Of a DNA stretch of 64,000 nucleotides, positions 58,532-64,000 are shown piece after piece; positions within the stretch are counted from its first letter, which is position 1; each line of letters opens with the position of its first letter. The translations under genes and the position numbers were made by a program. Source of the DNA: Siphonobacter sp. (GTDB lineage: Bacteria; Bacteroidota; Bacteroidia; Cytophagales; Spirosomataceae); NCBI GenBank assembly GCA_047605205.1, contig JASGGE010000004.1, positions 1,585 to 65,584 of the forward strand. Direction: 5' to 3'. The notes under the pieces are model-generated. The model was not told the DNA's origin. It was given only the letters and a program-made list of their open reading frames with translations, and did not search any database.

Positions 58532-59827
58532 ATGAATCGCTCGCTTACGCTTCCCATTACCTTGGTTATACTATTTTTTGTAGACTGGTATGGATTTCAG
58601 GCCGTCAAAGTAGCCACGCAAAACCTTTCTGCGAGCTGGCAACGGCTGGCAAGTGTTTTTTACTGGAGTTTTCCGGTAGTGGCTCTAGCTATGTTCGTGA
58701 TGTCTTATCTGGTTCCTGATTTTTGGGGGCACTTTCGTATCGCTCGGGGCTTTGTATTTAGCTATGTACTGATCGGCTATCTTTCCAAAATAGTCATGGT
58801 TCCGTTCCTCTTGCTGGACGATCTGGGTCGTCTGCTACGTTGGATAATTGCCCATTTCAATTCTTCCTCTCCAGCAGATAGCCCAGTAATGGCACCCAAC
58901 GTGCAGGTTGAAAACCCCGACCTCCCAAACCGTAAGGCTATTTCCAGATCTGAGTTTTTATCCAAAGCGGCTTTGCTTACGGCTGCCGTTCCGGCGGTTG
59001 GGTTTACCTGGGGTATTCTTTCAGGAGCTCATGATTATCGCATCCGCCGCGTGACGCTTTCGCTCAAGAACCTGCCCAAAGCTTTTGAAGGCATGAAAAT
59101 TGCCCAGATCTCGGATATTCACTCCGGTAGTTTTTTCAACAAAACAGCCGTAAAAGGAGGGGTTGAACTCCTCATGAGTGAAAAACCCGATGTGGTCTTT
59201 TTCACGGGCGACCTGGTGAATGACCGGGCTGAAGAAGTTAAGGATTACAAAGATGTTTTTGACAAAGTAAAAGCTCCGCTCGGGGTATTTTCTACGCTGG
59301 GTAACCACGATTATGGCGACTATACCCAATGGTCAAGCGTGAAGGAAAAACGTCAGAATTTGTTGGATCTGGAGCGAGTTCACCGCGAAATGGGTTACGA
59401 TTTATTATTGGACGAGAACCGGTTTCTGGAAGTAAACGGCGAAAAAATTGCCATTATCGGCATACAGAACTGGGGAACGGGTGGTTTTGCCCAGTATGGT
59501 AACCTTCAGAAAGCGTATCGCGGAGCGGAAGAAGCTCCTGTAAAACTTTTACTTTCCCACGATCCAAGCCACTGGGATGCTCAGGTACGCCCCTTATTTC
59601 CGGATATTGATGTACAGTTTGCGGGTCATACGCACGGCATGCAATTTGGTATTGAAACCAAGGCTATCAAATGGAGCCCCGTTCAATATCGGTATAAACA
59701 ATGGGCGGGATTATACGAGCAAGGTAACCAGAAGCTTTATGTAAACCGCGGGTACGGATACATTGGCTACCCTGGTCGGGTAGGAATGCCCCCGGAGATT
59801 ACCCTTTTCGAATTGAAACAGGCCTAA
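58532..59827 (+). CDS. Membrane-anchored metallophosphoesterase (YkuE-like)
   Basis: N-terminal TM helices; SDIH, TGDLVN, GNHDY, LSHDP, GHTHG. Confidence 0.92.
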   Translation: MNRSLTLPITLVILFFVDWYGFQAVKVATQNLSASWQRLASVFYWSFPVVALAMFVMSYLVPDFWGHFRIARGFVFSYVLIGYLSKIVMVPFLLLDDLGRLLRWIIAHFNSSSPADSPVMAPNVQVENPDLPNRKAISRSEFLSKAALLTAAVPAVGFTWGILSGAHDYRIRRVTLSLKNLPKAFEGMKIAQISDIHSGSFFNKTAVKGGVELLMSEKPDVVFFTGDLVNDRAEEVKDYKDVFDKVKAPLGVFSTLGNHDYGDYTQWSSVKEKRQNLLDLERVHREMGYDLLLDENRFLEVNGEKIAIIGIQNWGTGGFAQYGNLQKAYRGAEEAPVKLLLSHDPSHWDAQVRPLFPDIDVQFAGHTHGMQFGIETKAIKWSPVQYRYKQWAGLYEQGNQKLYVNRGYGYIGYPGRVGMPPEITLFELKQA

Positions 59828-59837
59828 TATTACGAGC

Positions 59838-59878
59838 AAAAGGTGGAAGAGTGTTTTTAATTCGTCTTCTACCTTTTT
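59838..59878 (+). terminator. Intrinsic terminator
   Basis: aaaaggtggaaga...tcttctaccttttt. Confidence 0.65.
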
Positions 59879-59939
59879 ATGTGTAGAAACATCTTTTATT
59901 TGAACCTGTTTTTAGATAAACATCAAACCAATTAAGGTA

Positions 59940-60821
59940 ATGAAAAAATTACTCCTGGCCATATTCCTGATTGCCGGAGGATTACCCTCTTATGCTCAAA
60001 GTTGTTGCGAACAAGCCCCCTGTCATGACACCAGACAGGAAGAGAAATCTACTAGCCTAAAGCCAGATCCTATGCAGCTTATGGCCTCTACTAACGAGTT
60101 CCAGGCTATGCACATGGAACCACTGCCCTTTGTATTTGAAAGCAAAGCCGGGGGCCAGATGATTCAGATTGATGCCCCAGATGGTAAAAAGGCGAATGCG
60201 TTTTTTATTAAATCCAAAATTAAATCTGATAAGTACCTGTTAGTTTATCAGGAATGGTGGGGACTAAATGACTATGTAAAGCAGGAAGCCGAAAAATACT
60301 ACAACACACTGGAGGGAAAAGTAAACGTACTAGCCCTGGATATGTACGATGGGAACGTGGCCACTACTCGCGAAGATGCGGGTAAGTATATGAGTCAGGC
60401 TAAACCCGAGCGATTGGAATCGATTGTCAAAGCAGGCATCAATTACGGTGGCCCAAAAGCAAAAATTGCTTCTATTGGCTGGTGTTTTGGAGGGATGCTT
60501 TCTTTAAAATCAGCCCTGCTGGAAGGTTCACATGCGGTTGGTTGCGTTATGTATTACGGTCGCCCTGAGCAGGATGTGGATAAATTGAAAACATTACATA
60601 CAGATGTTCTGGGAATTTTTGGGAGCAAAGACAAAGGCATTACGGTTGCTTCCGTTGAAGAGTTTGAAAAAAATATGGCCGCAGCTGGCAAGAAAGTAAC
60701 CATCAAAATGTACGATTCCGATCACGCTTTTGCCAATCCCAGCAATCCTGTTTACGACGAAAAAGCTTCTTCTGACGCTTTCCAACAGGCTTCTTCGTAT
60801 CTAAAGGAGAAGTTACTCTAA
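59940..60821 (+). CDS. Dienelactone hydrolase family protein
   Basis: QEWWGLN, GWCFGG nucleophile motif, D..I, HAFANP; signal peptide. Confidence 0.92.
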   Translation: MKKLLLAIFLIAGGLPSYAQSCCEQAPCHDTRQEEKSTSLKPDPMQLMASTNEFQAMHMEPLPFVFESKAGGQMIQIDAPDGKKANAFFIKSKIKSDKYLLVYQEWWGLNDYVKQEAEKYYNTLEGKVNVLALDMYDGNVATTREDAGKYMSQAKPERLESIVKAGINYGGPKAKIASIGWCFGGMLSLKSALLEGSHAVGCVMYYGRPEQDVDKLKTLHTDVLGIFGSKDKGITVASVEEFEKNMAAAGKKVTIKMYDSDHAFANPSNPVYDEKASSDAFQQASSYLKEKLL

Positions 60822-60928
60822 TTGTCAGCTAGTTGATTGAGCCCGAATTTTTAGTATTGATTCGCCTGACAATCAACAACAATTAGATCTACTATTTCGT
60901 TAATTTTGAAGAGAAATCATGAAAGCCT

Positions 60929-61123
60929 ATGAGAAAGCTAGTTGTTATAGCATTGATTGCAAGCCTGGCCTTACCCGAATTCGTTCAGGCTGCTCCTATG
61001 CATTCCGTAAACTCTGTTCAGATTGAAGCCTCCCGTAAACGCCCTTATCGCAAAAAGAAAGGTTTTATGTGGGGGATATTCAAGAAAAAAAATAAAGGCT
61101 GTGGTTGCCCCAGCTATAAATAA
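60929..61123 (+). CDS. Small secreted basic protein with C-terminal CGCP
   Basis: Signal peptide, TAATTTTG promoter element at 60901-60908, downstream hairpins. Confidence 0.65.
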   Translation: MRKLVVIALIASLALPEFVQAAPMHSVNSVQIEASRKRPYRKKKGFMWGIFKKKNKGCGCPSYK

Positions 61124-61196
61124 TTGCGTTTGAAGATACTAAAAGACCATTCTTTTGAAGGTTCCTTTTATCGAACATTAAGCTAGTGCAGGTATG

Positions 61197-61224
61197 AAAC
61201 CCGTCCTCAACAGGGCGGGTTTTT
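61197..61224 (+). terminator. Intrinsic terminator
   Basis: aaacccgtcct-caac-agggcgggttt followed by a T run. Confidence 0.75.
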
Positions 61225-61319
61225 GCACGAACCGCCGTACCTTTGTTACTGGACTCTTTCATTATCCCATCGATAACAGTTAACAACTAACGCTCCACGT
61301 GATACGTTAACGATTTCCA

Positions 61320-62378
61320 ATGAGCAAGTACTTTCATTTAACGGTTAAAGAAGTCGTTCGAGAAACCGAAGATACCGTTACCTTACATTTCTGGCATCCG
61401 CCCCACGCTGCCATTTCCTATAAACCAGGTCAGTTTTTAACCCTGATTGTATCCGTAAATGGTAAAAAGCTACGGCGGGCCTATTCCATGTCCAGCTCCC
61501 CTAATCGTGATGCGTCTATTGCCGTAACAGTAAAACGTTTGCCGGGGGGCCTGGTGTCTAATTATCTGAATGATCAGATTAAAGCCGGTGATATCATTGA
61601 AGTAATGGAACCAATGGGTCATTTCGTATGTGACCCCAGCCCGTCGAAGAGCCGTCATATCGTTTTGTTTGGAGCTGGTAGTGGCGTTACACCTCTGATA
61701 TCCATGTTAAAATCAATTCTACCAGTAGAGGTAAAAACAAACATTACGCTTATTTACGGCAGTCGGACGGAACGTAATATCATTTTCCAGAATCAATTGG
61801 CAGCCTTACAGAATCAATATGCCGACCGACTGGAAGTTATTCATGTATTGAGTCAGCCCAAGAGTTGGGATCAGCGTACAGGACGGATTAATCAACAAAT
61901 GACAATCCGATTACTGGAAGAACTCGGTATCCCCGTTGCATCTGCCGAATATTATATCTGCGGCCCTGACGGTATGATGGAAGAAGTGCAAAATGGGCTT
62001 CGTATTTTAGGCGTTGCGGGTAGCCAGGTTCATAAGGAAAGTTTTGCTCCCTCAAAAGATACCCATGGTGAAGTAGTTGAAGAGGAAGACGACGGAACGC
62101 TTAAAACCCGCACCGTAACCATTATCTACGAAGGTTCTGAGTATCAGGTTATTGTAAAACCTCATCAGACAATTCTGGAGGCTGGCCTGGAAATGGACAT
62201 CGACTTACCTTACTCTTGCCAGGCAGGTATGTGTACTGCCTGCATGGGTCGCTGCAAATCAGGGAAGGTATTAATGGACGAAGAAGACGGGCTTACTCAG
62301 GGAGAAATTAATGCAGGCTTCGTATTAACCTGCGTAGCTCACCCAATGAGTGAGGGTGTTGTAGTAGAAATCGAATAA
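61320..62378 (+). CDS. Ferredoxin--NADP reductase with C-terminal 2Fe-2S domain (PaaE-like)
   Basis: RAYSMSS FAD motif, GAGSGVTP, ICGP, CQAGMCTAC...LTC. Confidence 0.92.
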   Translation: MSKYFHLTVKEVVRETEDTVTLHFWHPPHAAISYKPGQFLTLIVSVNGKKLRRAYSMSSSPNRDASIAVTVKRLPGGLVSNYLNDQIKAGDIIEVMEPMGHFVCDPSPSKSRHIVLFGAGSGVTPLISMLKSILPVEVKTNITLIYGSRTERNIIFQNQLAALQNQYADRLEVIHVLSQPKSWDQRTGRINQQMTIRLLEELGIPVASAEYYICGPDGMMEEVQNGLRILGVAGSQVHKESFAPSKDTHGEVVEEEDDGTLKTRTVTIIYEGSEYQVIVKPHQTILEAGLEMDIDLPYSCQAGMCTACMGRCKSGKVLMDEEDGLTQGEINAGFVLTCVAHPMSEGVVVEIE

Positions 62379-62393
62379 GCTCGTTCAGGTATT

Positions 62394-62433
62394 AACAGAA
62401 AAAGCCAGATCGCTCGATCTGGCTTTTTCTGTT
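62394..62433. terminator. Bidirectional terminator
   Basis: aacagaaaaagccagatcg-ct-cgatctggctttttctgtt. Confidence 0.88.
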
Positions 62434-62436
62434 GAA

Positions 62437-63183
62437 TTAATAACGTAATGCCCAGTAAGGATTCCGGTGGGCCGTGATACTGTCCTTAATATGCTCCTGA
62501 ATCACTCGGTTATAGCCTGCTTCATTGATTTTTTTGCCCTTCATTTTCTTGGGCAATGCTAGCTCATTGGTTAGTTTTTTAAACTCAATCGTAGTAGCAG
62601 TCACCACTACGTCTCCATCGTTAACGTCCAGCTCAAGAATAGCCCCGGGTAAACCAAAACTACGTTCAGGCCCAATGGAAACAGGAATATCATCAGCAAA
62701 CCAGGCAATTAGTTTCTGTTTTTTGGCAGGCTCTTCCATTTCAGCTTTCATGCAAACGTGCCCGGCAATATCTTTCAGTTGATTCAGAATTTTCCATTTA
62801 GGAATATGGAGCGAATCCTGAACTACGAAGGTATTACCCAGCATCTCATGCAATTCCGTAATGGTTTCATTTTTAAAGTTACGTTCAACTAAAAAATCGC
62901 TTTGTCTCCAGGACCATTGGCCATCTTCGCTCTGCCCCTGATCACTGAAATAAGTGTATAGGCTCTCGTCCGGATTAAAAATAAGTTTCATTTTCTGCTT
63001 ACCTTCTTCGTTGCCCCAGCTCATTTTAACCCGGTCTTTTTCCTCCTGACTCAAATAAGGTAATCGCTGAATAATCTTCGCATAATTCTGTTTGTACTCA
63101 TACGTAATAATTCCTTCCAACTGCTGGGCATGGCTCGTAATTATCGAAAGAACTGCCAGGAAAAATATCGTTAGTTTCTTCAT
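62437..63183 (-). CDS. GLPGLI family protein
   Basis: Signal peptide; WKI....K.IAG..C.KA, AWFADDIPVSIGP...GLPGAILE. Confidence 0.92.
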   Translation of the reverse strand: MKKLTIFFLAVLSIITSHAQQLEGIITYEYKQNYAKIIQRLPYLSQEEKDRVKMSWGNEEGKQKMKLIFNPDESLYTYFSDQGQSEDGQWSWRQSDFLVERNFKNETITELHEMLGNTFVVQDSLHIPKWKILNQLKDIAGHVCMKAEMEEPAKKQKLIAWFADDIPVSIGPERSFGLPGAILELDVNDGDVVVTATTIEFKKLTNELALPKKMKGKKINEAGYNRVIQEHIKDSITAHRNPYWALRY

Positions 63184-63208
63184 TTTGATTCAATTATGAA
63201 AACAATTA

Positions 63209-64000
63209 TTAATAGCTCTCCCGACGCATTTTTGCCTTGATACCCCGCATATTGTACGTATAACTAATCATGAAATAACGCGTAACCGTTTGTACTTGCG
63301 ACTGGATGAAGTAGTTACTGGAAGCCGACTGCGTTACCCCGAGGTTTTTACGAAGTAAGTCGTAAGCAGACAAGCGAATTTCCGATTTTTTCGCCTTGCC
63401 AAGCAAATGATAAATTGCCATATTCAGAATCGGGATATTCTGATTTAAGCCAAAACGGTCATTCTTGTAAATATTGTAGTTGAATGTTGTGTTAAAATAG
63501 AGTTGCAGAGGCAACTTAACATTCATCTGACCGCTATAACTATTATTCCAGATGTTTTGATTTTGAGTAGTATTGATCGAATAGTTCACGTCGTTATACC
63601 GCCAGTTCGCATTTCCATAAAAGGTAAAATTATCGCTTGGGGTATACTCGGCGTTCAGGCCAACACTGTAATTGTTACTGTTTGTCTGGTTTTTAATATC
63701 ATTCACCAGCGTATAACTCTTACCAAAGTTTAACGAAGAGTTCAGACCTAGTTTCAGAACATTCTTTTTGATCGGAAAGCCAACGCTCAGGTAAGTGCCA
63801 TAACTCTGGCCACCCGTTACGTTAGCAGGTTTTGTACGAGTAACCAACAAGGAATCAACGGTCTGGTTATACACCACTTGATTAACCTGGTAATTGTAGT
63901 TAATATTAGCAAATAGGTTCGTAAACGTAGCAGGGTTGAAGAACGAATAGCCACCGTATACCTGATGATTTACCGTAGGCTTTAAATTAGGATTCCCTTC
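63209..64000 (-). CDS. Outer-membrane beta-barrel protein (TonB-receptor-like), 5' part outside the window
   Basis: Frame open to the window edge: EGNPNLKP...; C-terminal AYDLL..N...RYFMISYTY. Confidence 0.85.
   Translation of the reverse strand, partial: EGNPNLKPTVNHQVYGGYSFFNPATFTNLFANINYNYQVNQVVYNQTVDSLLVTRTKPANVTGGQSYGTYLSVGFPIKKNVLKLGLNSSLNFGKSYTLVNDIKNQTNSNNYSVGLNAEYTPSDNFTFYGNANWRYNDVNYSINTTQNQNIWNNSYSGQMNVKLPLQLYFNTTFNYNIYKNDRFGLNQNIPILNMAIYHLLGKAKKSEIRLSAYDLLRKNLGVTQSASSNYFIQSQVQTVTRYFMISYTYNMRGIKAKMRRESY

Noticed and set aside
61320-62378. paaE and a phenylacetate catabolism locus
   Set aside because: No paaABCD genes nearby, so only the reductase family is supported.

Overview
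Chromosomal window from a Bacteroidota bacterium, most likely Cytophagales (gldE, a T9SS-type C-terminal sorting domain, GLPGLI proteins, TAnnTTTG -7 promoters). Most of it is core genome: pgm (partial), ddl-like, tilS, galM, bamD-rpoZ-coaBC-DUF4835-recN, Mn-type sod, tRNA-His, a TonB-dependent receptor, manC, thiL, cysHDN, gldE-ssb-mutY, HU-TPR-bS22-like-rne and a ferredoxin reductase. Two accessory zones stand out. The first (~33.0-35.3 kb) is a patch of small stress-type ORFs and relics. The second (~49.6-58.3 kb) is a strongly AT-rich island carrying an overlapping two-gene GTPase module (728-aa dynamin-like GTPase plus 346-aa TRAFAC-type GTPase), a decayed IS1, and a LuxR / pseudogene / GLPGLI / beta-barrel cassette. 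The tandem GTPase module is my best candidate for an undescribed, possibly anti-phage or membrane-remodelling, system. Items missed by the ORF track: tRNA-His, a 29-aa bS22-like ribosomal protein gene, and MerR-type, ferritin-like and thioredoxin-like relics. A 75-aa ORF before recN has an Sm/Hfq-like pattern. All family calls come from motif recognition by eye; no database searches were run.
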